Shown: positions 36,920-47,036, counted from the stretch's first letter. The stretch is 64,000 nucleotides of DNA from an uncultured archaeon (GCA_964608675.1 CAZSOZ010000004.1:1-64000); one strand, 5' to 3'. Notes: a model not told the origin generated them from the sequence alone. Made by a program: numbers and translations.

Positions 36920-37837
36920 ATGCAGAAAACTTTGATTCATTTAAAGAAACCTGAATTAAGGGAAATAATGAAAATTCAGTCTGCTGCATTGAAAGCAGTT
37001 GACACTTTTATGTATTCGCGGGAAATTTTGCATTTAATGCCTGTGATGCTTTCTCCTGTGACTGACCCTTTAAACCATGATGTTTATGATTCTTCAATTG
37101 ATTATTTGGGGCAGAAACTTCAGTTAACTAAAAGCATGATTCTTCATAAACAGCTTGCAATGCTTTCTGATTCAATTAAGGGAATTTATATTGTTTCTCC
37201 TAACGTAAGGCTGGAGTTTGAATCCTGCAGTAAAAGCGGAAGGCATTTAATTGAATTTTCTCAGATTGACGTTGAATTAGCAGGAGCTTCTGCTAAAAAT
37301 TTCATGGATTTCACTGAAGACCTTTATTCTTATGTTTTTTCTTTTGTTAAACAGGAATGCAGAGAGGAACTTGAAAAACTTGACAGAAAAATTTTTGTTC
37401 CATCAAGTCCTTTTAAAGTATTTGATTCAACTGAATTAAAGAATGAATTCGGAGAAGACTTTGAAAAAGTTGTTTCAAAAAAAGAAAAATATCCTTTTTG
37501 GATTACTGATCATTTTAGGGAATTTTACGATAAACAGGATGAAAAAACAGGAAAGCATATAAACTATGATTTGGTTTATCCTGAAGGATTCGGCGAAGCT
37601 TTGTCTGGAGGAGAAAGAGAATTTGAATTCAATACAATAAAGAAAAAAATGCTGGAAAGAAAAATGGATTTAAGTTCTTATCAAGCTTATCTGGCTGTAG
37701 CAAAAAAAGGGTTTTTGAAGCCGACTGCAGGAGGCGGTTTTGGAGTTGAAAGGCTTGTAAGATTTTTGTCCGGAAAAAAACACATCAGGGACGCAGTTCT
37801 TTTTCCTCGTGTTCCTGGAGAAAAAATAGTTTTATAG
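36920..37837 (+). CDS. Archaeal asparagine synthetase A (AsnRS-paralog type lacking anticodon domain)
   Basis: SPVTDPL, LTKSMILHKQL, SPNVRLE, GRHLIEFSQ, REFYD, GEALSGGERE and GGGFGVERL; RBS GGTGA before ATG 36920. Confidence 0.9.
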   Translation: MQKTLIHLKKPELREIMKIQSAALKAVDTFMYSREILHLMPVMLSPVTDPLNHDVYDSSIDYLGQKLQLTKSMILHKQLAMLSDSIKGIYIVSPNVRLEFESCSKSGRHLIEFSQIDVELAGASAKNFMDFTEDLYSYVFSFVKQECREELEKLDRKIFVPSSPFKVFDSTELKNEFGEDFEKVVSKKEKYPFWITDHFREFYDKQDEKTGKHINYDLVYPEGFGEALSGGEREFEFNTIKKKMLERKMDLSSYQAYLAVAKKGFLKPTAGGGFGVERLVRFLSGKKHIRDAVLFPRVPGEKIVL

Positions 37838-37888
37838 CGTTAATTCCTTTAAAAATATTAATGCATTTAAATTTATGAAAGTGGTTTA

Positions 37889-39184
37889 ATGAAAAAAGAA
37901 TTTGTTTCAGTAAAGGAAGCCTTGAAAAAAAAAGGCAGTGTTTCGGTCAGAGGCTGGATTAAACGTAAAAGAGAATTAAAGGAAAAAATTTTTGTTTTGC
38001 TGAGGGATGAATCAGGTGAACTCCAGTGCATTGTTGAATCCGAAAAAATAAATAAAAAGGATTTTGAAGAACTTCAAAAGAATTCAATTGAAGCTTCAAT
38101 TGAATTAACTGGTAAATTAAAGGAAGATAAAAGAGCTCCAAACGGATGTGAATTAATTGCTGATGACTTAAAGATTGTTGGTTCAAGCGAAAACTTTCCT
38201 ATTCAAAAAGATTTAAGCGAAGAATTTTTGTTGGATGTAAGGCATTTGTGGATGAGAAGCAGTAAAATGACTGCAATAATGAAAATCCGTTCCACTATAT
38301 TGTATGCAGTAAGAGAGTTTTATAAAAAAGAGGGCTATTTTGAATGCAGTCCTGCAATTATTACTCCTAATGCTTGTGAAGGCGGAACAACTTTGTTTCC
38401 TTTGAATTATTTTGGTGAAAAAAGATTTTTGTCTCAGTCAGGGCAAATGTATTTAGAGGTAATGATTTTTTCTTTAAGAAAAGTTTTTGGTTTAACTCCT
38501 TCTTTTCGTGCAGAAAAATCCAAGACCGCAAGGCATTTAACAGAATACTGGCATCTTGAAGGAGAATGTGCTTGGATGAATATGGAAGACCAAATGCATG
38601 AAATAGAAAAAATGGTTTCTTTTGTATGCAAAAAAGTTTCAGAAGAAAACCCTGAAGAATTAAAGGTTTTGGAAAGAAAAACTGAAGACCTGAAAGCAAT
38701 TAGGGTGCCGTTTGCAAGAATTTCTTATGATGAAGCTTTGGATGTCTTGGAAAAAAAACATAAAAAGAAAATTCCTTGGGGATCTGACTTAAGCATTAAA
38801 GAAGAAAAACTTTTATCAAAAGACGAAAAAATTCCTTTTTTTATTTATGGTTATCCAACTGAAATAAAGGCTTTTTATGCCAAAGAAATTCCTGAAGACA
38901 AAAAGAAATGTTTTTCTTTTGATTTAATTGGCCCTGAAGGCTATGGTGAATTGTGCACTGGAGGCCAAAGAGAAGACATAAACGAAAACATGCTGAAAAA
39001 ATTAAAGAAAGAAAAACTTCCTTTGGAAAACTATAACTGGTATCTCGATTTAAGAAAATATGGAAGTGTTCCTCATTCAGGTTTTGGCATTGGAATTGAA
39101 AGATTGTTGAGATGGATTTGCAGACTGGATTCAATTAAAGACACAATTCCTTTTCCAAGAACAATGAACAGAAGTTATCCATAA
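37889..39184 (+). CDS. asnS: Asparagine-tRNA ligase
   Basis: RHLWMR, CEGGTTLF, LSQSGQMYLE, FRAEKSKTARHLTEYW, GGQRE and PHSGFGIGIER. Confidence 0.93.
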   Translation: MKKEFVSVKEALKKKGSVSVRGWIKRKRELKEKIFVLLRDESGELQCIVESEKINKKDFEELQKNSIEASIELTGKLKEDKRAPNGCELIADDLKIVGSSENFPIQKDLSEEFLLDVRHLWMRSSKMTAIMKIRSTILYAVREFYKKEGYFECSPAIITPNACEGGTTLFPLNYFGEKRFLSQSGQMYLEVMIFSLRKVFGLTPSFRAEKSKTARHLTEYWHLEGECAWMNMEDQMHEIEKMVSFVCKKVSEENPEELKVLERKTEDLKAIRVPFARISYDEALDVLEKKHKKKIPWGSDLSIKEEKLLSKDEKIPFFIYGYPTEIKAFYAKEIPEDKKKCFSFDLIGPEGYGELCTGGQREDINENMLKKLKKEKLPLENYNWYLDLRKYGSVPHSGFGIGIERLLRWICRLDSIKDTIPFPRTMNRSYP

Positions 39185-39197
39185 AAAAAATTTGAGT

Positions 39198-39719
39198 TCA
39201 GCCGGTTTTTCTGTATCCTTTTTTTCTTTCTTCCATTTTATGTCTTATCATTCTTATGTCTGTTATGTTTCCTTTAATGCTTCTTTTTGATTTGTTCCTT
39301 CCTTTTTGTCCGGTTTTAATTAAGTGTTCAAGTCTTTTCCATTCAGAGGATTTAACAGTTATTCCTTCCTGATAAAATTTTAAAAGAAGCTTAAATAATT
39401 CTGCTTTTTCTGCTTGATTTAATTTCAGTTTTCTGAATCTTATTGGAAGCATTCCTTGTTCTAATGACTGCATTATTTCATGCATTGCTCTTTGGTTTTC
39501 AGGCAAAAGTTTTATTTCTGCAACACTTTCAATGCTTTCTTTTGGATTTCCTTTCCTTGTTTTTCCTTCTTTTACAGTTAATTTTTCAAATTGTCTTGCA
39601 GCTTTAATGAATTGTTCTCTTGCTGCTTTTTTCATTTGATTTAATTTTCTTTTAGTTGCCTGTCTGTAGGCTCTTCTTGCAAGGCTTCTTGCAGGCTTTC
39701 TTACTTTTCCAGGAGGCAT
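39198..39719 (-). CDS. Hypothetical highly basic protein
   Basis: ORF starting MPPGKVRKPARSLARRAYR; K/R-rich. Confidence 0.55.
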   Translation of the reverse strand: MPPGKVRKPARSLARRAYRQATKRKLNQMKKAAREQFIKAARQFEKLTVKEGKTRKGNPKESIESVAEIKLLPENQRAMHEIMQSLEQGMLPIRFRKLKLNQAEKAELFKLLLKFYQEGITVKSSEWKRLEHLIKTGQKGRNKSKRSIKGNITDIRMIRHKMEERKKGYRKTG

Positions 39720-39773
39720 AATTAATTCAAAAGTGAAAGTGATTAAATAAGTTTTTGTATTTTTTATTAATGG

Positions 39774-40676
39774 ATGTATTTGGAAGAGCATTTGGACGGC
39801 ATAGACAAGGAAATAAAGGAAATTATATTGTGTGTTGCTGAAAAATCAAAAAAAATTCAAAAATCTTTTTTTAGTCATAATAAGCTTGCTGGTTCAAAGA
39901 ACATTTATGGAGAACACCAGCTTGAATTAGACAAACTTGCAGACAAAATGATTTTGAATGCAATGGAAGAATCCAACAGAGTAAAATCAATGGTTTCTGA
40001 AGAACAGAATGAAATAATTCACATAGAAAAATCTGAGGGAAGTTATGGTGTTGTTGTCGACCCTTTAGATGGAGTAAGCTGTCTTCAAACTAATCTTGCA
40101 GTAGGAACAATTTTGGGTGTTTTTGATGAAGGAAACATTATGGAAAAAGGAAAAAAAATGGATGCAGCAATGTATGTTTTGTACGGCCCCCAAACAAGTT
40201 TGGTTTATACTGCAAAAAAAGGAGTTCATGAATTTGTTTTGAATCCAAAAGCAAAATTTGTTTTAAGAGCAGAAAACATTAAGATTCCTGAAAAAGGATT
40301 AATTTATGGTTCAGGAGGAATCAGAAAAGACTGGACAAAAAATCACTGCAAGTTTATTGAAGAATTAGAAAAACAAAATTATAAAGTTCGTTTCAGCGGT
40401 TCTTTTACTGCGGATTTCCAGCAGGTTTTAATGTACGGCGGGCTTTTTTGTTATCCTGAAACAAAATCTCTTCCTAAAGGAAAGCTTAGGCTTTTATTTG
40501 AATGCAATCCTATTGCTTTTATTGCCAAGCATGCAAAAGGAAATTCCACTAATGGAAAAAAATCAATTTTGGAAATAAAACCGGAAAAAATTTCAGATAG
40601 GACTCCAGTTTATGTTGGAGGAAAAAAAGAAATTGAATTAACAGAAAAATTTTTAGGAGGAAAAACAAATGTCTAA
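39774..40676 (+). CDS. fbp: Fructose-1,6-bisphosphatase class I
   Basis: N..GE.QLELD, SEE, DPLDG, VGTI.G, RFSGS..AD and KLRLLFECNP. Confidence 0.92.
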   Translation: MYLEEHLDGIDKEIKEIILCVAEKSKKIQKSFFSHNKLAGSKNIYGEHQLELDKLADKMILNAMEESNRVKSMVSEEQNEIIHIEKSEGSYGVVVDPLDGVSCLQTNLAVGTILGVFDEGNIMEKGKKMDAAMYVLYGPQTSLVYTAKKGVHEFVLNPKAKFVLRAENIKIPEKGLIYGSGGIRKDWTKNHCKFIEELEKQNYKVRFSGSFTADFQQVLMYGGLFCYPETKSLPKGKLRLLFECNPIAFIAKHAKGNSTNGKKSILEIKPEKISDRTPVYVGGKKEIELTEKFLGGKTNV

Positions 40677-41850
40677 ATTTAATGCTGTTCCAAGCAATTT
40701 AATGTTTGATGCCTTAAAGAATGAAAAAACTATTATTATGGCCTGTAATGTAAGGATAACAAAAGGAATTCTTAAAGGAATTTTTAGGGCTGCAAAAGAA
40801 ACTGATTCTCCTGTAATAATGGAGTTAGCTAAATCTGAATCAAATTTAGATGGAGGATACACTGGATTAAAACCAAAAGATTTTTCTCAGCAGTGCCTTG
40901 AAACTGCATCTGAAACAGGCTGTAATATATGGAGCCTGCATGCAGATCATTTAACTGTAAAGAAAGGAACTGAAGAAGAATTAAATGAATTAAAAAAATT
41001 AATTGATGCACAAATTTCTGCCGGATTCAATTCTTTTGCTTTGGATGCATCTTTTTTGTTTGATTTTCAGGGAAAAACAATTGAAGAAGAATTAAAGCCA
41101 AACATTGAAGTTACAGCTGAATTAGCTGACTACATTAAAGAAAAAATGAATGGAAATGAATTTGGTTTGGAAGTGGAAGTAGGAGAAATAGGCAAAAAAA
41201 ACAGTACAGGAATGGTTTTAACTTCTCCTGAAGAAGCAGTTGTTTTTATTAAAGCTTTAAACAAAAAAGGAGTTTTTCCTAATTTGATTGGAATAGCAAA
41301 TGGTTCAACTCATGGAAACATTTATGATGAAAAAGGCCGTGAAATAAAGCAGGTTTCAATTAACATAGGGCAAACAAAAGCTGTTTCTGAAGCATTAAAA
41401 AAAGAAGGGTTGAATGTAAGAATAGCACAGCACGGCATTACAGGAACTCCAAGGGAATTAATTAAAGAAAAATTTCCTGCAGGCGACATATTAAAAGGCA
41501 ATGTGGGAACTTTTTGGCAGAATATTTTTTATGATGTAATCAAAGTAATGGAACCCGAATTATATAATGAATTAATTGAATGGACTTTAAATTCTTTCAG
41601 AGAAGAAGCAGTAAAAAAAGGGTGTCATAGTGATGAAGAAATAATTGGAAAATACTTAAAGTATGCAACAGGAGCAAAAAACGAAAACGGAAAAAAGCTT
41701 TTTTTTGATAAAATTTATTTTTTAGGCAGTGAAACTGAAAAAGCACTTGAATCCAAAGCATATTCTGAAGCAGTAATGTTTTTTGACGCCTTTCATTCAA
41801 AAAAAACAGCAGAAAAAATAAGAAGTCATATCAAAAGAATTAAAATCTAA
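40669..41850 (+). CDS. fba: Class II fructose-bisphosphate aldolase
   Basis: HADH, DAS, EVEVGEIG, GSTHG and AQHGITG. Confidence 0.9.
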   Translation: MSKFNAVPSNLMFDALKNEKTIIMACNVRITKGILKGIFRAAKETDSPVIMELAKSESNLDGGYTGLKPKDFSQQCLETASETGCNIWSLHADHLTVKKGTEEELNELKKLIDAQISAGFNSFALDASFLFDFQGKTIEEELKPNIEVTAELADYIKEKMNGNEFGLEVEVGEIGKKNSTGMVLTSPEEAVVFIKALNKKGVFPNLIGIANGSTHGNIYDEKGREIKQVSINIGQTKAVSEALKKEGLNVRIAQHGITGTPRELIKEKFPAGDILKGNVGTFWQNIFYDVIKVMEPELYNELIEWTLNSFREEAVKKGCHSDEEIIGKYLKYATGAKNENGKKLFFDKIYFLGSETEKALESKAYSEAVMFFDAFHSKKTAEKIRSHIKRIKI

Positions 41851-41915
41851 AAAAATTCCAAAAAAAGCAAAAATTTCTTGAATTCGATTATTGTATTATT
41901 CTGCAATTATTGTAC

Positions 41916-41932
41916 CAAAAAGCCTTTATAAA
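41916..41932 (+). promoter_or_regulatory. Candidate BRE-TATA promoter (CAAAAAGCCTTTATAAA)
   Basis: Purine-rich BRE plus TTTATAAA; ATTATTGTA direct repeats upstream at 41887 and 41906. Confidence 0.5.
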
Positions 41933-42090
41933 CTCCAAAATACTATTGTTGTATAAAACATTTATCTTTCCTTCACCTCGGAAAAAATTTCGCCTCACGA
42001 TTTTTTTTCCTCCTTTTTCTTTTTTTTTTACTTTTTTTAAATGATTGTTTTTAATTCTTTTGCAGTAAATTATTTTCAGGAGGTACTTTT

Positions 42091-42465
42091 ATGAAGAAAC
42101 TTTTGTTTTTGTCAGGATTATTTTTGTTTATTCCTTTGGTTTTTGCCCAGCAGGCTCCATGGGATTTTTTAAGACCTTTAACTGATTTTGCTTATTCTGT
42201 TGATTCAATTACAAGGTTTTTGGTTTTTATTTTTTCTTTGGCTTTATTTTTTATTTCAGTGAAAGCTTATTTTAAAAGCAAATCAAAGAGATTTCTGTTT
42301 ATTTCTGGAGCATTCTTTTTGTTTGCAGTTAAATGGTTTTTGAAAATAGCAGATTTGTTTTTTAGTCCGGGATATTTTTTGGCTGATGCATCAGAAAACA
42401 TTTTTGAGTTATTGATTTTAGTTTTTTTGTTTACTGCTTTGTTTTTTAAGCCGAAAAAAGGTTGA
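42091..42465 (+). CDS. Membrane protein with signal peptide and 3 TM helices
   Basis: GGAGGT RBS; ALFFISVKAYFKSKSKRFLFISGAF pattern. Confidence 0.75.
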   Translation: MKKLLFLSGLFLFIPLVFAQQAPWDFLRPLTDFAYSVDSITRFLVFIFSLALFFISVKAYFKSKSKRFLFISGAFFLFAVKWFLKIADLFFSPGYFLADASENIFELLILVFLFTALFFKPKKG

Positions 42466-42476
42466 CGTGTTTTTTA

Positions 42477-42998
42477 ATGAAGGATGATGCTTTAAATCTT
42501 GAATCAAGAAGAAAAATATATGATTTGATTCAAAAAAATCCAGGCCTGCATTTCAGGGAAATTGAAAGAAGAACAGGACTTGCAGTAGGAAGCCTTCAGT
42601 ATCATTTGGATTACCTTCAAAAAAATCATTTAATTAAATCTTTTAGGCAGGGAAAATTTTTAAGGTATTATTCTGTTAAGGAGTCGGTTGTTGAAGAAAA
42701 AGCAGGAATGTCTTTTTTAAGGAAACCGAGTGCAAGAAAAATTATTTTGTTTTTATTGGAAAAAAAGAAGGCAAACAATTTTGATATTTCTAAGGCAGTA
42801 AGCTTATCTCCTTCTACTACTTCTTGGCATTTAGATCAGTTAGTTAATGAAGGAGTGGTAGAAAAAGAAAAAAGAGGAAGGGAAAGCTTTTTTTATTTAA
42901 TTAAACCGAATGAAATTGCTTCTCTTTTGGTTGAACACCAGCAGTCTTTTGTGGATGAATTAGTTGACAGTTTTGTTGAAGTCTGGGAAAAAATTTAG
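42477..42998 (+). CDS. Double winged-helix (ArsR-like) transcriptional regulator
   Basis: RRKIYDLI..NPGLHFREI...GSLQYHL and STTSWHL..L...G. Confidence 0.9.
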   Translation: MKDDALNLESRRKIYDLIQKNPGLHFREIERRTGLAVGSLQYHLDYLQKNHLIKSFRQGKFLRYYSVKESVVEEKAGMSFLRKPSARKIILFLLEKKKANNFDISKAVSLSPSTTSWHLDQLVNEGVVEKEKRGRESFFYLIKPNEIASLLVEHQQSFVDELVDSFVEVWEKI

Positions 42999-43191
42999 TT
43001 TTTATTCTGTTAATTCGTTTTTAGGGAATTCTTTTTTTTTCTATTTCTTTTGCTTCTTTTCCGCAACAATTTTCTGCGTCCTTTTTTTGTATTGTATTCG
43101 TTATAATTGCATGCACATAAATATTTTTTTATTCAACCGCTCTCTTGAAGCCAAATAAATTATTTTTTATTTAATAATGTTTTTTAATTTT

Positions 43192-44103
43192 TTATTTGGT
43201 TATTTGGGTTCCTGTCAGGCCGTTTATTGCAGGCAGAAGTTTATTCAAAGAAGTTATTATTGCTTTTTTTCCGCCTTTTTCTATGAATTCAATGCAGGCT
43301 TCAATTTTTGGAAGCATTGAGCCTTTTCCAAATTGTCCTTCTTTAATTAATTTTTTTAGTTCTTTTGATTTTATTTTTTCTATTTTTTTCTGGTTTTTTT
43401 TGCCGTAATTTAAGTAAACGAATTCAACGTCAGTTAAAATAATTATTTCTTTTATGCCAAGAGAATTCCCAAGTAATTGTGAAGCTTTATCTTTGTCTAT
43501 TACTGCTTCAACTCCTTTCCATTTGTTTTCTTTTTTTATTACAGGAATTCCGCCTCCTCCGCAGCAAACAACGATTGTTCCTTTTTCTGTTAATTCTTTT
43601 ATTGTCTTTAATTGAATTACTTTTTTTGGTTTAGGGGAGGGAACAACTTTTCTGTATCCTCTTCCTGAGTCTTCAATGAAATTTTTTATTTTTTGTTCTT
43701 TAATTTTTTCTTTTGAATAAAAAGGACCGATTGGCTTTGAAGGATTTTTGAATGCAGAATCTTTTTCATTTACTTCTATTTCTGTTGCAATTGTAATTAT
43801 TTCTTTTTTTGGAAGAAGGTTCCTTAAAGATTTTTGAAGCATGTAGCCTATTTGGCCTTGAGTCATTGCGTCTTCTACATCCAAAGGCATTTTTGGTATT
43901 TCTTTACTGCAATTCATTTGAATTTCAAGGTTTCCTACCTGCGGTCCATTGCCATGAGTCAAAACAACATTGAATTCTTTTTTTATTAGTTTTGCAATTG
44001 TTTTGGTTGTTTTGTCAATGTTTTTAATTTGTTCTTCGAAATAGCCTGTTTCTCCTTGTTTGATTAAAGCATTTCCTCCTAATGCAATCAAAAATTTTTT
44101 CAT
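43192..44103 (-). CDS. arcC: Carbamate kinase
   Basis: ALGGNAL, THGNGPQVG, PSKPIGPFY, GYRKVVPSP, GGGGIPV, AVIDKD and GSMLPK. Confidence 0.95.
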   Translation of the reverse strand: MKKFLIALGGNALIKQGETGYFEEQIKNIDKTTKTIAKLIKKEFNVVLTHGNGPQVGNLEIQMNCSKEIPKMPLDVEDAMTQGQIGYMLQKSLRNLLPKKEIITIATEIEVNEKDSAFKNPSKPIGPFYSKEKIKEQKIKNFIEDSGRGYRKVVPSPKPKKVIQLKTIKELTEKGTIVVCCGGGGIPVIKKENKWKGVEAVIDKDKASQLLGNSLGIKEIIILTDVEFVYLNYGKKNQKKIEKIKSKELKKLIKEGQFGKGSMLPKIEACIEFIEKGGKKAIITSLNKLLPAINGLTGTQITK

Positions 44104-44157
44104 GAGAATTAATTATTTAAAGTTAAGATTTATATTTTATACTGGTGTTTTATTTAA

Positions 44158-45522
44158 ATGACTAAAAAAATAAGGTTTTTTATTGCAGTTTTTGCTGTTC
44201 TGCTTTTTTTTTCTGTTTTGTTTTTTCCTTTGGAAATTTTGCCTTTGCAGAAAGTGGTTTTGGCAGTATTGTTTTTGGCAATGATTTTGTGGTTTTCTGA
44301 ATTAGTTCCTTTGCATATTACTGCTTTTATTGTATCATTTCTTTTGATTGTTGCCGGTGGATTTTATGATAAAACTGTTTTTACTCCAAAAGAAGTTTTT
44401 TCTCCTTTTTTTGATCCAGTGATAATGCTTTTGTTAGGAGGCTTTGTTTTGGCTTTAGGACTGCAAAAACATGGATTAGACAAGTTTATCACTTTTCATT
44501 TACTTAAAAAAGTTGGCTGTAAACCCAAAAATTTTTTGTTTGGTTTAATGTGTTTAACTGCTTTTTTTTCTTTTTGGATGTCAAACACTGCTTCAACAGC
44601 GATTCTTCTTCCAATAGCAATAGTTGTATTGAATTCAAATAAATTAAAGCCTTTGGATTCACGGTTTGGAAAAGCTTTGGTTTTGGGAATTGCTTTTTCT
44701 GCTACAATTGGAGGAATCGGAACAATAATTGGTTCTCCTCCTAATGCAATGGCTTTAAGTTATTTAAATGATGAAGAAATTTCTTTTGGTTTTTCAGACT
44801 GGCTAATGTATGGAATTCCGTTAACAATTTTATTGCTTCCAATTGCATGGTTTGTTTTAATTAAATTTTTTCATCCGGAAATTCATGAAATTAAAATAGA
44901 TTTTTCTTTTGAGCCTTTAACTAAAAAACAAAAGCTTGTTTTATTGATTTTTGGGGTAACTGTTTTAATGTGGTTAACCACTAAAATTCATGGAATTCAT
45001 TCTGCTGTTGTTGCTTTAATTCCAATTATTTTATTGTATGCTTTTGGCTTGCTTGAAACAAAAGACATCAATAAAGTTTCTTGGTCAGCTTTAATTTTGT
45101 TTGGAGGAGGTTTAACTTTGGGGAATGCAATTCAGTTAGTTGGATTAGATAATGTTTTTGCAAGCTTATTGTTTGATTATCTTTCAGGGCAGGCAATATT
45201 AATTATTCTTTTTGCTTTAGCGGTTTTTGCTGTGATTTTTACTTTAGTTGCTTCTAATACTGCAGCAGCAGCAATCAGTATTCCTTTGGTGATTCCTCTT
45301 GCAAGAGGATTAGGGATTCCTGTGGAAATTGCAGTAATGGTTATTGCAATTGGAGTTTCCTTGGATTTTATTGTTCCAATTGGAACACCTCCAAGCACTA
45401 TAGCTTATTCTTCTGGCTATATCAAAACAAAAGATATGGCTAAATCAGGAATAGTAATTGCAGTTTTAGGAATACTTTTGCTTACTTTACTGGCTTTTTT
45501 TGTCTGGCCTTTTTTGGTTTAA
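44158..45522 (+). CDS. DASS/SLC13 sodium:dicarboxylate or sulfate symporter
   Basis: MSNTAST, GGIGTIIGSPPN, SNTAAA and PIGTPPS. Confidence 0.92.
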   Translation: MTKKIRFFIAVFAVLLFFSVLFFPLEILPLQKVVLAVLFLAMILWFSELVPLHITAFIVSFLLIVAGGFYDKTVFTPKEVFSPFFDPVIMLLLGGFVLALGLQKHGLDKFITFHLLKKVGCKPKNFLFGLMCLTAFFSFWMSNTASTAILLPIAIVVLNSNKLKPLDSRFGKALVLGIAFSATIGGIGTIIGSPPNAMALSYLNDEEISFGFSDWLMYGIPLTILLLPIAWFVLIKFFHPEIHEIKIDFSFEPLTKKQKLVLLIFGVTVLMWLTTKIHGIHSAVVALIPIILLYAFGLLETKDINKVSWSALILFGGGLTLGNAIQLVGLDNVFASLLFDYLSGQAILIILFALAVFAVIFTLVASNTAAAAISIPLVIPLARGLGIPVEIAVMVIAIGVSLDFIVPIGTPPSTIAYSSGYIKTKDMAKSGIVIAVLGILLLTLLAFFVWPFLV

Positions 45523-45976
45523 CTTTAAATTTATATTTCGTTGGAGTTAAAAGATGAATAAGGTTTGTTGTCCTTCTTAATTTTGTCCTAAATTTTTTTG
45601 TTTTTTTCCATCCAATGTCTTCAATTAATTTTTTTTTTATTAAAGAATTAATCATTGCTCTTGAATTTTTTGTTAATTGTTTGGTGGTAAAAAATTTTAT
45701 TCCTTGGCTGATTAGTTGATCAAAAAAAATCCTTAAAGGATAATTTCCTTTTTTTTGTTTGAATTTGACTGATGCACGATTATTCTGCCAAATATACCTT
45801 ATGTCACAAACATTGCCTTTTTTTTTATAGGCAATAAAGCAAATTAACTCTTCTTCTTTTCCTAAAGCCTTAATTTTTGATCCCTTTAATTCAGTGGCTT
45901 TTTTGAATTTCATTCGAGCCAAAAAAGGAATTTCTTTTAATTTTTCAGTAATCCAGTACTCTTGTTTTTTTTCCAT
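45482..45976 (-). CDS. Hypothetical basic protein
   Basis: 165-aa K-rich ORF overlapping the 3' end of the DASS gene; weakly GNAT-like beta pattern. Confidence 0.45.
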   Translation of the reverse strand: MEKKQEYWITEKLKEIPFLARMKFKKATELKGSKIKALGKEEELICFIAYKKKGNVCDIRYIWQNNRASVKFKQKKGNYPLRIFFDQLISQGIKFFTTKQLTKNSRAMINSLIKKKLIEDIGWKKTKKFRTKLRRTTNLIHLLTPTKYKFKVKPKKARQKKPVK

Positions 45977-46019
45977 AATAAAATCATGTTTTGTTTGTTT
46001 AAAAAACATTCTTATTTTT

Positions 46020-46430
46020 TTATTCGCCTAAAACTTTTACTAGAATTCGTTTGTTTCTTTGTCCGTCAAATTCAGCGTAATAAATTTGTTCCCATGTTCC
46101 AAAATCAAGTTTTCCTTTGGTTACTGCAATTAAACTTTCTCTGCCCATTATTGTTCTCATTAAATGAGAAAAAGCATTGTCTTCGCCGGTTAAATTATGC
46201 TTGTATTTTTTGTTTGGAACAAGTTTTTTCAGCCATTCTTGGTAATCCTGAATTAACCCTGTTTCAGCGTCATTAATGTAAACAGAAGAAGTGATATGCA
46301 TTGGATTAACCAATACTATTCCTTCTTTTATTTTGCTTTTCTTTACAATCTCTTCAACTTTTTCTGTGATGTTAATGAATTCAATTCTGTTTTTTGTGTT
46401 AAAGTAAAGGTATTCTGTATGAGATTTCAT
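46020..46430 (-). CDS. yjbQ: YjbQ/UPF0047 (secondary thiamine-phosphate synthase) family protein
   Basis: [23 protein letters not shown] and [13 protein letters not shown]. Confidence 0.92.
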   Translation of the reverse strand: MKSHTEYLYFNTKNRIEFINITEKVEEIVKKSKIKEGIVLVNPMHITSSVYINDAETGLIQDYQEWLKKLVPNKKYKHNLTGEDNAFSHLMRTIMGRESLIAVTKGKLDFGTWEQIYYAEFDGQRNKRILVKVLGE

Positions 46431-46502
46431 AATAAGTTTTTTGTTTACAAACTCTTTTATTTTTTTTTGGTGTAACTGTTGTCTTTAAACAGGTTTTTTG
46501 GA

Positions 46503-46706
46503 TTAAGCGATTGCAGTTTGTCTGGGTAGCATTGCTTTTAGCATATCTATTGTAGTTTTGCTTGCATTTAATATTTCTATTTCAACCGGCTTGTTTTCTT
46601 TGGTGTAGTGTGTAATTATATCTCCTTCTTGTTCTGCAAAATCAGGTTTTTCAGATCTAAGCTCTATTACCATTATATCTGTTTGCTTATCATATTTATA
46701 TTTCAT
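46503..46706 (-). CDS. DUF2283-family putative antitoxin
   Basis: YDKQTDIMVI...PVEIEILNAS. Confidence 0.85.
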   Translation of the reverse strand: MKYKYDKQTDIMVIELRSEKPDFAEQEGDIITHYTKENKPVEIEILNASKTTIDMLKAMLPRQTAIA

Positions 46707-46932
46707 ATCTTTCCCTCTTTGATTTATAAGTGGTTATGACTGTTAGGGAGTTAATGGTTTTTTCATATATAACTCTTATCACATAGCCGTTTAAAGGCTT
46801 TTGTGCAATTTTTCTGTTGTAATTTCCTTCAATAACTATTTTGGGGGAATTCACGCAATCAGTTACCTGTTTTTCACTCAAACAGTATTTTTTCATTCTC
46901 TCTTTTGCGTGACTTGAAATTTCTATTTTCAT
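46696..46932 (-). CDS. DUF4258-family putative RelE/BrnT-like toxin
   Basis: SHAKERM, IRVIYE and VITTY; overlaps the DUF2283 gene. Confidence 0.85.
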   Translation of the reverse strand: MKIEISSHAKERMKKYCLSEKQVTDCVNSPKIVIEGNYNRKIAQKPLNGYVIRVIYEKTINSLTVITTYKSKRERYEI

Positions 46933-47036
46933 TTAACAAATAAAGAAAAGAAAATAATAAATTAGAATGCTTTAATTTGCATTGGCTCGCAAAAAAACCT
47001 AAAACTTAAAATAAGGTTTTATGCTTACTATAAGCT

